From a virus (taxonomy: Duplodnaviria > Caudoviricetes): a stretch of 64,000 nt of DNA. A model generated the notes under the pieces. That model worked only from the letters and a program-made list of their open reading frames with translations. It made no database searches and was not told where the DNA came from. Position numbers and translations under genes: made by a program. Every line of letters starts with the position of its first letter. The stretch's first letter is position 1. The stretch covers positions 1-64,000 of IMG/VR virus record IMGVR_UViG_2751185783_000001. One strand, given 5' to 3'. Shown here piece after piece: positions 42,422-51,901 of the stretch.

Positions 42422-42683
42422 CCCGTCTCCGGGCCGCTCACCGGTTGCTTGCGGTGGGGGCTATCGGTGCGGGGCTCGTCGTCTTGCGCGATGGGTTCAC
42501 CGGTGACCTCACCGCCCACCCGGCCGCCGTCTTGATCTGGGCGGTGTCGACCGTCGGCGTGGGGCTTACCGCCCGCGCGATGCGCCGGACTGCTTACCGC
42601 AACACCCACCACCAGACCCCCAAGGAGAACTGACATGACCGAACCGATCGACACCACCGCCACCGCCGAGGTGACCCTCACCG
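41741..42683. repeat. Dispersed CT(C/T)ACCG motif array embedded in coding sequence
   Basis: 15 forward and at least 2 further reverse copies counted by eye, including palindromic CTCACCGGTGAG. Confidence 0.7.
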
Positions 42684-43555
42684 TCAACGGCCTCACCAAG
42701 ACGTTCACCGCCACCGTCGCCACCAACGGAGACCCCGCCACCGCCGCCCGGTCCGCCCTCGAAGCCGTCGACAACGACGCCACCCAGTGGACGTACAAGG
42801 AGCTGCGGTACGAGCTTGCGGATGCCGTCCGGCAGGAACTCGCGGAGAACCTGCGATGACCACCGTGTCCCGTGAGGTAGTCCGTAAGGTGCCTGCAACC
42901 GTTGTGACCAGGCGAAACACGAGCCTGAACGTGATCGACGGGCAGGCGCGGCCCACCCGCAAAGTCGCCGCCGAGGCGACCAAGTTCCTGGCCCTGCTGA
43001 TCCTCGCCCTGCTGTTCGCCGGCGGTTTTGCCGCGAGCCTCGGCTACCTCTGACCACCCCTCGAAAAGCCGTGCCGAGCACGCACAGAAAGGACCTCAGG
43101 CCATGACCAGCCCCCACCCCATGCCCGATGTGCGTGCATGCACGCACAAAGACAACACGCCTCCTGCCGGGCGTCCCACCAGGGAAAACGCGCCTGGCAG
43201 GCCCTCTCTGAGGGTCGTACCGGCTCCCACGCACATCGCGGAGACCCCGGAAACGGATCAGGACCCTACGGCCTTCTCCGAGCTGCGTACGTCCATCCGA
43301 TCCCACCGCGCCGCCGCCGAACACCCGCCCACCATCGCCGAAGCCGCAGCCACCTGGTGGCCCGACCGCGACCACACCCGCCACGGGATCGCCGGCCAAC
43401 TCGCCAGCGCCGCCGCCGGGCTCGTCCAGCTGATCGGCCTCGCCGCGACGTGGGCCACCGCCCACGTCTTCTTCGGCACCAAAACCCGGGCTGCGATCTT
43501 CGGCCTGCTGATGCTGCTGTCCCTGACCACCTGCACCGCGCTCGACCACCTCTAA
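42418..43555 (+). other. Small Spd-like genes (42418-42633 TM, 42635-42859, 42856-43053 TM, 43103-43555 TM)
   Basis: Coupled ORFs, mostly with hydrophobic segments, inside the transfer operon. Confidence 0.6.
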
Positions 43556-43574
43556 CCCCAGGAAGGGGAGCCCC

Positions 43575-44468
43575 ATGACCGAGTGGCTCAACGCCCACTA
43601 CCTGCAACTCGCCGCCATTGCCGTCGGGTTCCTGCTCCGCTGGGGAGCAGGGCAGTTCCTCGCCAACGCCACCAAGACCGGCAAAGGCGGGGCCCCTCGC
43701 AACGGCCAGGACGGCGGCGGAAAGAAGTCCCGCTGGGACAAGACCCGCATCACCAAGTTCGTTGCCCTCGCCTTCTACTTCGCGTCGGGCTGCCTGTTCG
43801 CGTTCGGCGCCTACCCGGCCGCACAGTGGGTCGTGTCCTGGGGTGGCGGGCTCGGCTCCTGGGTGTCCGTCATCTTCGGTGTTCTCACCCTCGCGGCGGG
43901 CTGGCACTCCCTGCACGGACTCGTCGGCCTCGTCCACGACATGACCGACGGCACCCCCGACGACGAAGCGTTCAAAGCCGCGTTCCTCGTCCCGACGACC
44001 ATCCCGCTCGGCTGGGCCGCCCTAGTCGGCCTGTTCACCAACCCGCGGGGTGCCGCAACCGGCGTGGCAGTGCTGGCCGTATCGGTGGTGACCGCCCTCT
44101 ACGCCCACAAGATCCTGAAGAAGACCCACGCCGCGCAGGGCCACTACAAGCTGTGGATGTGGTTCTCCACGATCATCTGCTGGTTCGTCGGGTTCGCCCA
44201 CATCCCCGCCCTCATCTACCTCAACGACTTCGCCGGCGCGCACCTGCCCGAAGGCGTCGCCTGGCTGTTGCGGATCGTCGTCGTCGCGTCCGGGGTGCTG
44301 TTCGCGATGGTCGGCCTCGGTGACGTGCTCCGTGACTGGACCCCGGAGAAGTGGTCGCAGTGGGCGGCCATGTACAGCACCCCGATCTTCTCGGTCCTCA
44401 GTGTCGCCGTGGCCATGGCCACGGCCAGCGCCGAAACCGGCCTGACCACGATCTTCGCGGCGTTCTGA
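43575..44468 (+). CDS. Polytopic membrane protein (Spd/Tra accessory)
   Basis: About 8 hydrophobic segments; internal duplication (HDMTDGTPD / GDVLRDWTPE). Confidence 0.75.
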   Translation: MTEWLNAHYLQLAAIAVGFLLRWGAGQFLANATKTGKGGAPRNGQDGGGKKSRWDKTRITKFVALAFYFASGCLFAFGAYPAAQWVVSWGGGLGSWVSVIFGVLTLAAGWHSLHGLVGLVHDMTDGTPDDEAFKAAFLVPTTIPLGWAALVGLFTNPRGAATGVAVLAVSVVTALYAHKILKKTHAAQGHYKLWMWFSTIICWFVGFAHIPALIYLNDFAGAHLPEGVAWLLRIVVVASGVLFAMVGLGDVLRDWTPEKWSQWAAMYSTPIFSVLSVAVAMATASAETGLTTIFAAF

Positions 44469-44577
44469 TGCACACCTACATGATCTCGTGGCTGTCGATC
44501 ACCGGAGACGGCCAGTTCAACCACGGCAACACCGACCGCCCGGTCGTCATGAGCTTTTCCCGTTCCGAGGAGGACCA

Positions 44578-45348
44578 ATGACCCCCACCCCGCCCGGCAA
44601 CACTGGGCGAACCACCGACGACACCAAAGCCGCCGCGTTCTTTACCGGCGCCCTCACCCTCGCCGCCGGCGGCGCAGGCCTGCTCGTCGCCGGGCTCGTC
44701 CTCGGCTTCGACTGGATGCTGCGCGGCGAACCCGCCGACCGGGAACACCTCGCCTCCCGCCGCCGCGCCGACGCCCGCGACCGCTACAACGACTCGTTCG
44801 CCTGGCTGGAAAACGACCGCGCCGAACAGGCCGCCTACCGGCGGGCCCGCCGGGACTGGTTCAACGCCGACCCGGAAACCCGCGGCAACAGCCCCACCAG
44901 CAGCGAAACGTTCGGGCACGTCATGGCCCGGCTGTGGCACCGGTCGGTCGTCGGCGCGAACCGGTTCCGGAAGGGCTGGGCGCACGGCCGGGAGTCCGCC
45001 GAACTGCGGCGCGCGGACGGCGACCCGAACTGGTGGAAACCCAACCTCAACCCGCACCGCATCCCGAACGACCCGTACCCCACCGGCTCGATGCCCGACG
45101 ACCCCGAACCGCAGCCCACCCCCACACCGGCACCCGATCCGAGCGCCGTCATCGACGCCGAGATCGTGCCCGACGTGCCACAGCCCGGCCCCCGCGACGT
45201 GGTGGTAGTCGGCGCCGACACCGACCCGCAGGCCCATTCCGGCGACGCCGCCCGCAACCAGGCCCTCGACAACCTGGCCGCCGAGGTCAACGGCAGCCGC
45301 CCCACTGGCCCCGCCGACCCGTCACCGCCACTGACCGTCATCCGCTGA
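44578..45348 (+). CDS. Membrane-anchored protein with Pro-rich tail
   Basis: N-terminal TM; RBS. Confidence 0.7.
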   Translation: MTPTPPGNTGRTTDDTKAAAFFTGALTLAAGGAGLLVAGLVLGFDWMLRGEPADREHLASRRRADARDRYNDSFAWLENDRAEQAAYRRARRDWFNADPETRGNSPTSSETFGHVMARLWHRSVVGANRFRKGWAHGRESAELRRADGDPNWWKPNLNPHRIPNDPYPTGSMPDDPEPQPTPTPAPDPSAVIDAEIVPDVPQPGPRDVVVVGADTDPQAHSGDAARNQALDNLAAEVNGSRPTGPADPSPPLTVIR

Positions 45349-45364
45349 CCCCCGGGAGAACACC

Positions 45365-45817
45365 ATGAGCACAGCAGTCAGCCCCACAACTGGCGGCAGC
45401 ATCACCCCCAACACCGCCGGACCCGGAACCGCCCTGGCCGCCCCCGGCGGCACCGGAGCAGCCGGCGCCGCCACCATGTCCATGGTCCGCATGACCGCCC
45501 TACTCGAGCAGGCACGCAAGGCCCTGCTGATCCTTCAGGACGTCGGCGTCGACCTGCTCCGCGAGTCCGCCGCCACCAAGGACACCGCCGACTACCTGAC
45601 CGCCTCGTTCGGCGAACGCATCTCCCTCGAGGAGATCGTCACGATCGCAACGATGCTCGGGCAGATCGCCGACGCCAGCCTGAACGTGGTCGCGCAGGGC
45701 CACGACTCGGTCCGGGCGGCGCTGGCCGCGAACTTCCAGGTCCTCGTTGTCCAGGAGCAGCTGCACGCTCTCGGCGCGGACGGCGGCTACGTCGACTCGC
45801 AGCGCCGCGCCGGATAA
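45365..45817 (+). CDS. Helical Tra-accessory protein
   Basis: Amphipathic helices; directly upstream of the translocase. Confidence 0.65.
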   Translation: MSTAVSPTTGGSITPNTAGPGTALAAPGGTGAAGAATMSMVRMTALLEQARKALLILQDVGVDLLRESAATKDTADYLTASFGERISLEEIVTIATMLGQIADASLNVVAQGHDSVRAALAANFQVLVVQEQLHALGADGGYVDSQRRAG

Positions 45818-45917
45818 ACCCGCCCCGCGCACTGCGGTGCCGCCCACGACCCTCACGGTCTGGGCGGTGCCGGATTACACGGGACACCCTACCGCCTGAT
45901 CTTTGGAGACGACCGCC

Positions 45918-48827
45918 ATGACCATGCCTGTAGCCCCGACCCGACCGCCCGCCCCGAAGGGTGCCCTGCCCGCCGGTATCGTGCTGTCCCGCTACTGGAG
46001 GGAATCACCCGGCGGGCCGTTGACCAAACACGACCACGACCGGCCGGTCGACGAGGACACCGACGAGCCGGTCGGACTGTGGTGGATGTGCCCCGCCGCC
46101 GCCACCTGCAAGACCGGCGAGTGGGTGTTCCGCACCGCCGAAGACAAGCCGGGCCGGCCGAAGAAGAAGTTCTGCGCCGAACACGGCACGGAACTGATGC
46201 CGGGCCGCGCCGAACCGGACGACGACAACCCGAAGCAGGCCGCCCGGAACTGGCTACAGCAGCGCCTGACCGAGAAGGCCACCGCCGCGAAGCAGGCCAC
46301 CCGTGACGCCGCCCAGCAGCGCATCGGCGCGCTCCGGGCGGCCGGACGAGACGAAGCGGACCGGCTGCGCCGGGACCTGCGCGAACACGTTCCGTCCGCC
46401 GCGGTGTCGTTCGGCGCGCTGGTTGCCGACTGGGCGCTGCTGTACGAACTCGACGCGCTGCCCACCTACGCCACCGGTGCGGGCCTGGCAGTCGGCGGGA
46501 CGCTGCTCGCCTACTGGGCGGTGTACGTCGGTGAGCTGGTGTGGGCCCGCCGGATGGGCTACACGATCCGGGAGTTGCCGGCGTCGGTGCGGTCCCGCGC
46601 GCGTTCCCGGGCGCGGTGGATCGCCGCGGGGGTTCTGTCGACGGGGGTGTGGCTGCTGATCGCGGAGACGATCGGCGCCGACCTGGGCAACGCGTGGGGT
46701 GTGGTGGCGAACATGATGGCCGCCGTGATGATCGGCGTCGTCAACTACAACCCGTGGCAGGCGATGGTCGAACGCCGCAAGGCCGAAGCCCGTGCCCGGG
46801 TGGAGGCCGCGGAGGAAGCGGCCCGGGCGGAGGAGGAACGCCTCACGGCCGAGGCTGCCGAACGAGACCGGCGCCGCATGGCCGCCGAAGAAGCCGCCCG
46901 TGTTGCGGAGGAAGCCGCCCAGACGGAGGCCCGCAAGATTGTGACCGTCACCGACGACACGGTCACCGCGGGCCGTAAGTTCGCCGAACGCTGGGAGAAG
47001 GTCGCCGCCGACGCGAAGGCCCGCAACATGGGCCCCGGCTTCGAGATCTGGCGCACCGCCGTGGTGCCGGAGCAGACCCGCAAGCTCACCGCCGTTGTCG
47101 GCGGCGAGACCGTGGTGATCGGCCACGAGTTCCTGATCCGTGCCGAACCCGGCGTGCTGGCCCCGCGAAACGGGATGAACGTGTCGCCGTTCTTGCAGAT
47201 GAAGACGTGGCTGTCGTCGATGCTCGAACTCGACGACGGCATGCTTGACCTTGCCTACCAGCCGAAGCGCCTCGACGACGGCAAGACCGACACCGAAGTG
47301 CTGATCAACCACGGGCTGGTGACCCTGTTCGACACCCACCCGCTCGGTGAGGCCGTCAAACACCCCGGCCCGTCGGGCGTGTACACCGACGCGAAGGGCG
47401 CCCGGTGGGGGTTCGCCGGCCGGGACCTGCGCGGCAACCCGGTCTACCGGAGCCGGTGGACGCCCGGGCAGGCCGGTGGTGGTGTGCGGGTGGGTGTGAC
47501 CGGCATGGGCAAGTCGGTGGTGACGCAGGTCGGCGCCTACAACGATCTGCTCCTCGGCATCCTGCCGATCATCCACGATGCGGGTAAGAACGCCATGGAC
47601 TTCGTGGACTTCTACGGCATCATCCCGGTGGGTCACACCATCGAACACCGGGAGATCATCCGGGAGTCGTTGTGGCACGAGATGAAACGACGCCAGGCGT
47701 GGATCAACACGCAGACCGCCGTCGGTCTGGGTGGCATGGAAGTCACCGCCGACCCCACCTGGGATCCGGTCCGTGGCGGCCCGCCGATCCGGTGCACGTG
47801 GGAGGAGTTCCACATGCACATGTCCGACCCGAAGTTCATTCAGTACCTCGGTGCGCAGGTCCGCCTTCAGCGGGCCACCGCCATCATGGCCGAAGGCGCC
47901 TCCCAGGGGTCGGGCCTGGCGGACTGGGGTGACCAGCAGATGAAAGAGCAGATGACCGAAATCTCGCTGGAGATGATGCGGGTCTCCGACCACACCGCGA
48001 GGCTCGCCGGCTACCAGGGCGGGCTGATGCCGTCCACGCTGCCGTCGCTGCCCGGCATGATGGTCAGCCAGGTACTGAAGGGAGATCCGGTCGCCTACCG
48101 GTCGGCGTTCATGCCCCGCGACCCGAGTAACCCCGAGTCGCTGATCTACCGGCTGAAGCGGCCCAACGGCACCCCCGAAGGCGAACAGATCGTGTTCGCC
48201 CCGCAGCTGCCGCCGGAGACCATCGCCGTGTTCAAGGAGCATGGACTGATGGACCTGTGGGAGAAAGGCAAGACCAAGTCTGGTCGAGAGCAGCTTCAGT
48301 CCGAAGCCGACCCGGTCGAGTCGACGGTCATGCCCGACATGCTCGAGGCGATCCTCGGCGGGCAGCCCACCCCGAAGCCGCGGCTGCGCGCCGATGAGGT
48401 CGTCTTGGGCCTGCTGAAGAACGAGGACGACAACGGGCGCGGCGGACTCACCCAGCAGCAGATGCTCGCGTCGCCGTGGTGGGCGCAGATCGAGGGGGAG
48501 TGGACGAAGAACGCCGGCATCCCCTCACACACCACGATCGGCCGGGCCTGCAAGAACCTGTCCGGGCTGGAATCCCCGCTGATCGGCTCCGACGAGGGGA
48601 CCCCCGCCCGCTGGTCGCTGCTGCCCGCAGGGTCGGCACGCGGGGAGCAGGCGTTGACGCTGCTGCGGTCAGCCGGCGTACTCGGCAAGCAGGCCCAATC
48701 CCAGACGCGGGCGTCTGGGATGGACATCGCAGGCCTGGAACGGCAGGCGATGCTCGAGGCCGAACAGGCAGCCCTGATTCAGGAACTGGTGCGGGAAGCT
48801 GCCGGGCTGACAGGACCGGGGCAGTGA
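45918..48827 (+). CDS. FtsK/SpoIIIE-family conjugative DNA translocase (TraB-like)
   Basis: N-terminal Cys/His cluster, TMs, coiled coil, Walker A GVTGMGKS, Walker B CTWEEFH, C-terminal wHTH. Confidence 0.8.
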   Translation: MTMPVAPTRPPAPKGALPAGIVLSRYWRESPGGPLTKHDHDRPVDEDTDEPVGLWWMCPAAATCKTGEWVFRTAEDKPGRPKKKFCAEHGTELMPGRAEPDDDNPKQAARNWLQQRLTEKATAAKQATRDAAQQRIGALRAAGRDEADRLRRDLREHVPSAAVSFGALVADWALLYELDALPTYATGAGLAVGGTLLAYWAVYVGELVWARRMGYTIRELPASVRSRARSRARWIAAGVLSTGVWLLIAETIGADLGNAWGVVANMMAAVMIGVVNYNPWQAMVERRKAEARARVEAAEEAARAEEERLTAEAAERDRRRMAAEEAARVAEEAAQTEARKIVTVTDDTVTAGRKFAERWEKVAADAKARNMGPGFEIWRTAVVPEQTRKLTAVVGGETVVIGHEFLIRAEPGVLAPRNGMNVSPFLQMKTWLSSMLELDDGMLDLAYQPKRLDDGKTDTEVLINHGLVTLFDTHPLGEAVKHPGPSGVYTDAKGARWGFAGRDLRGNPVYRSRWTPGQAGGGVRVGVTGMGKSVVTQVGAYNDLLLGILPIIHDAGKNAMDFVDFYGIIPVGHTIEHREIIRESLWHEMKRRQAWINTQTAVGLGGMEVTADPTWDPVRGGPPIRCTWEEFHMHMSDPKFIQYLGAQVRLQRATAIMAEGASQGSGLADWGDQQMKEQMTEISLEMMRVSDHTARLAGYQGGLMPSTLPSLPGMMVSQVLKGDPVAYRSAFMPRDPSNPESLIYRLKRPNGTPEGEQIVFAPQLPPETIAVFKEHGLMDLWEKGKTKSGREQLQSEADPVESTVMPDMLEAILGGQPTPKPRLRADEVVLGLLKNEDDNGRGGLTQQQMLASPWWAQIEGEWTKNAGIPSHTTIGRACKNLSGLESPLIGSDEGTPARWSLLPAGSARGEQALTLLRSAGVLGKQAQSQTRASGMDIAGLERQAMLEAEQAALIQELVREAAGLTGPGQ

Positions 48828-48832
48828 CCGTT

Positions 48833-49069
48833 TCAGGAACCGTGGCGCTGTACCCAGATTTCGAGGTAGGCGCTTTCGGGCTGGAAGTCGCTGTAGACCC
48901 AGCGCCGCTTGCGGACAGTGCCCGCAAGGTAGGCCTTCTTGAGGTCGTGATGGTCGTGCGACCTCAAGAAGATCTCATCGCCGGTGGCCGGCACGCCGAA
49001 GGTCGTGTCGAGGGTGTACTTGCCACCGACCGGTTTGCCGTCGGCGTTGTCGATGAGGAATACCTGCAT
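48833..49069 (-). CDS. Hypothetical protein
   Basis: TACCCT-N6-ATG leaderless start. Confidence 0.6.
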   Translation of the reverse strand: MQVFLIDNADGKPVGGKYTLDTTFGVPATGDEIFLRSHDHHDLKKAYLAGTVRKRRWVYSDFQPESAYLEIWVQRHGS

Positions 49070-49123
49070 GAGCTGAGGGTAGCGGCCGGATCGCTGTATG
49101 ACGATCTGGCCGCTACCGGAGAA

Positions 49124-49615
49124 TCAGCGGGAGAACCGGGCCCCAACGTCGAGGCGCAGCGCCGTGAACCCGCGGTTGATGTGCGCCACGACTTCGGCGA
49201 GCGCCTCCACCCGTACCGGTTCGGTCAGCCCGTCCACAACCCGCCGGGCATGTTCCTGCCCGCCGTCGTTCAGCGCGGCGAACACTGTCCCGGCGCCGGA
49301 ATGGGCGAACGCCAGCTGGGTGATGACGTCCCGGCTGTTCGGACTGTGGGCGACCGCGGCGACCGCAATGGTGTGCGCGGTGAGGATCGGATCGGCGGCG
49401 ACCTCGGCGAGGTGCTGGCCGTAGCAGTCCTGATTCCACAGGTTCGCGGCCACGGCGCGCCAGATCGGGGTGGTGTCGCGGTCCCACATGCCGTTACCGG
49501 GCAGCCGCCGGTCGTCTCCGTATTCCATGGAGTCGGCCCAGTCGGCGCCGGTGGGTGCCGGGAATGGGTGGGTAGGGTCGCAGGGCAGGCCGGTGATGGG
49601 TTCAAAGTCGGTCAC
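49124..49615 (-). CDS. Hypothetical protein
   Basis: TAGCGT-N6-GTG leaderless start. Confidence 0.6.
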   Translation of the reverse strand: MTDFEPITGLPCDPTHPFPAPTGADWADSMEYGDDRRLPGNGMWDRDTTPIWRAVAANLWNQDCYGQHLAEVAADPILTAHTIAVAAVAHSPNSRDVITQLAFAHSGAGTVFAALNDGGQEHARRVVDGLTEPVRVEALAEVVAHINRGFTALRLDVGARFSR

Positions 49616-49656
49616 GGATCGACGCTACTGGCTGCCTTCTTCGGGTGGGGTGTCCG

Positions 49657-50358
49657 ATGACTGCCACGATCCCGCCGCATGCGGATGTGCGGGACTGCCG
49701 CCTGTACCGGTTCCGCGTCTACCACCCCGACGACATGGGCCTGCCCGCCGGGCAGCGGCGGATCGTGCTGGGCTACATCGGCGAGACCGTGCGCATGCCC
49801 ATCGCGAGGCTGATCGAGCACCTGTATGACCAGCCGTGGGCGGACACGATCGTGGGCTGGGATGTCGACCCGCGGGTCTTCGCCGGCAAGGACGCGGTGC
49901 TGGCGGCTGAGCGAGTGGCGATCGAGACGGAGCAGCCGCTCTACAACGTTGAGCACAACCGGGGTAACCCGTACCGGATTCCGCCGCCGCTGGCGATCCG
50001 GCAGCGGCGGCAGCGGGACGCCACCGACCAGGCCCGGCCGCGGTGGGTGCATCCGGACGACCGTGGTGGTGCGACCCGGGCACCGGCCCGGCCGCGCGCG
50101 GCGCAGCCTCCGGTAGTCAAGCCGTGGTCGTCGCGGCGCAAGCACCTGACGGGGCTCGGCGCGGGCTGGGCGGTGTTGTCGGCCGCGTCGTGGATCGTCC
50201 TGGCGACGCAGGGGCTGCTCAACCTGGAGACGTTCGGGGTGGTCACGGTCGTGGCGCTGGTAATGACGGTGTGGCTGTGGGCGGGCGTGCCGGTCAGCCG
50301 GAAGGGCCGGCGGAAGGCGAAGTCGCGGATCCGGCGCCGGTTGCGGGCCCGGCGGTGA
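49657..50358 (+). CDS. GIY-YIG nuclease with two C-terminal TM helices
   Basis: RLYRF...GYIGET...R..EH...E..AI..E.PLYN; two hydrophobic helices; basic tail. Confidence 0.75.
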   Translation: MTATIPPHADVRDCRLYRFRVYHPDDMGLPAGQRRIVLGYIGETVRMPIARLIEHLYDQPWADTIVGWDVDPRVFAGKDAVLAAERVAIETEQPLYNVEHNRGNPYRIPPPLAIRQRRQRDATDQARPRWVHPDDRGGATRAPARPRAAQPPVVKPWSSRRKHLTGLGAGWAVLSAASWIVLATQGLLNLETFGVVTVVALVMTVWLWAGVPVSRKGRRKAKSRIRRRLRARR

Positions 50359-50621
50359 CCCACCCGGGCTGGTGTGAGCAGTGCGAGTCCGGGCCGGGCA
50401 TGTTGCGGCACCGGTCGCGTCTGGTCCGGGTGGGTGCCCGCACGCAGTTGTCTGACCGCGGTGTGGTGTCTGTCCGGTTGTCGTCGACGGGGCATGGCCC
50501 GACATGGCTGGAGGTGCGGGTGGCGCACCGGATCGTGGCGACCGCTGAACTCGGCCTCGAGGACGCGGCGGTGCTGCGGGACGGGCTGACCTTCTTGTTG
50601 CACGCGGCGGGCCCGTCGTAG
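50355..50621 (+). CDS. DUF6907-like small protein
   Basis: HPGWC..C......H.S ... A..L...L. Confidence 0.45.
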   Translation: MTHPGWCEQCESGPGMLRHRSRLVRVGARTQLSDRGVVSVRLSSTGHGPTWLEVRVAHRIVATAELGLEDAAVLRDGLTFLLHAAGPS

Positions 50622-50717
50622 CCGCTTTGCCCGTACCTGTCGGGTGTGCGGATGGTGCTGGTCCGGGCGTCGTGGCGTAGGCCGGGGTACACATGCACCC
50701 CGGCCTATCGTCAGGAG

Positions 50718-50948
50718 ATGAACGATCACCGTCCCGCCCCAGGTCAGCCTCGTAGGAGCCCGAACGCAGGCCACGCTTGGGGCGACCCGGAAAGAGGCGG
50801 TGCGGTCACTGGAGGGTCGTCGCCTGACGGATACGTGTGGGTCAACGTGCAGCGGGCCACTGGCCTGACGGCGCGGCTCGCCCCCGACCAGGCTGAAGCG
50901 CTCGGTGATCAACTGTACGTGTGGGCGCGGCAGGCCCGCGGCCGGTAG
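50718..50948 (+). CDS. Hypothetical protein
   Basis: TATCGT/AGGAG upstream; followed by a hairpin. Confidence 0.55.
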   Translation: MNDHRPAPGQPRRSPNAGHAWGDPERGGAVTGGSSPDGYVWVNVQRATGLTARLAPDQAEALGDQLYVWARQARGR

Positions 50949-50964
50949 TCCGAGACGCAGAGAT

Positions 50965-51012
50965 GGCCCCGCCCCGGCCCGAGAGCGAATCTCAGGCAGG
51001 GGCGGGGCTTTC
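50965..51012 (+). terminator. Intrinsic terminator
   Basis: GCCCCGCCCC ... GGGGCGGGGC TTT. Confidence 0.6.
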
Positions 51013-51084
51013 TGCTGTTCACGGGGCACCGGAGTCGTAGCCGGGCAACTATGATCGCCGATCAACCTGATCAGGGGAGGCGGC

Positions 51085-51435
51085 ATGCGCACCACCGTCA
51101 AGGAGAACGTGCTTCGCCGGATCCCGGCGTTCGCCCGTGGCCGGCACCCGGACGACATCGGCTGGGCGCAGATCCTGGCCGCAACCGTGGCCGAGATGCT
51201 GTTCGTGGCCGCGCTCAAAGCGGTCGGCCTGGTGGTGCTCGTGTGGATCGTGCACACCCACTGGTGGCCTGCGGTGCCCGAGCTTGAGTATCCGGTTGCG
51301 GTGGCGGTCATGGTGCTGGTCCGGGCGCTCACGTTGCCTGCCTCGTGGCACAGCGAAACGCCCCCGCCCGCACCTGGCTCCCTGGCGGGGGAGCGCAGAC
51401 GCGAGCGGGGACACACGGTGCCGGGCGGGGTGTGA
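51085..51435 (+). CDS. Small membrane protein
   Basis: 2-3 hydrophobic segments. Confidence 0.6.
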   Translation: MRTTVKENVLRRIPAFARGRHPDDIGWAQILAATVAEMLFVAALKAVGLVVLVWIVHTHWWPAVPELEYPVAVAVMVLVRALTLPASWHSETPPPAPGSLAGERRRERGHTVPGGV

Positions 51436-51481
51436 CTCGCAGAAACCGCGGACCCGCCCGGCGCGATCAGGGGGACGGCCG

Positions 51482-51829
51482 TTACTCGTACGGATCCGGC
51501 GTGGGGCCGGTTGGTCCGGCCGGGGTGACCTGGGCGCGGGTGAGGAGCATCAGCACCGCCAGCACGAGTCCGTTGACCGCGCCGACGGTTTCCTGCGAGA
51601 CGTGCAGGCCGTAGCCGGCGAACAGCGCCGCCGCCGCGGTGACCGCGTACGTGAATGCGGCGGGCGCGATCGGCCGGACGTGGATGGCGTTGATGACGCC
51701 GAGCCCGGCGTTGAACGCGGCGACGATCAGCGCGGCCTGCTCGGCGCTCAGCCAATCGAAACCAAACGTGACGATGAGGCCGAGGGCGGCGCTGAGCACG
51801 CCGAGGATCAGGGTGGGTTCACGGCGCAT
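51482..51829 (-). CDS. Holin-like 4-TM protein
   Basis: MRREPTLILG...LSAEQAALI...RAQVTP actinophage holin-like pattern. Confidence 0.7.
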   Translation of the reverse strand: MRREPTLILGVLSAALGLIVTFGFDWLSAEQAALIVAAFNAGLGVINAIHVRPIAPAAFTYAVTAAAALFAGYGLHVSQETVGAVNGLVLAVLMLLTRAQVTPAGPTGPTPDPYE

Positions 51830-51901
51830 GCGATCTCCAAGGGGTCTGTGTGGGTGGCTGTGTGGCAGGCGGGTCCGGCACAGGGCGAGTAGGGTCCGCA
51901 T

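Noticed and set aside
46254-48242. 662-aa minus-strand ORF
   Set aside because: Antisense shadow of traB caused by high-GC codon bias
49941-51755. 604-aa minus-strand ORF
   Set aside because: Arg/Pro-rich, no motifs, overlaps several better-supported genes
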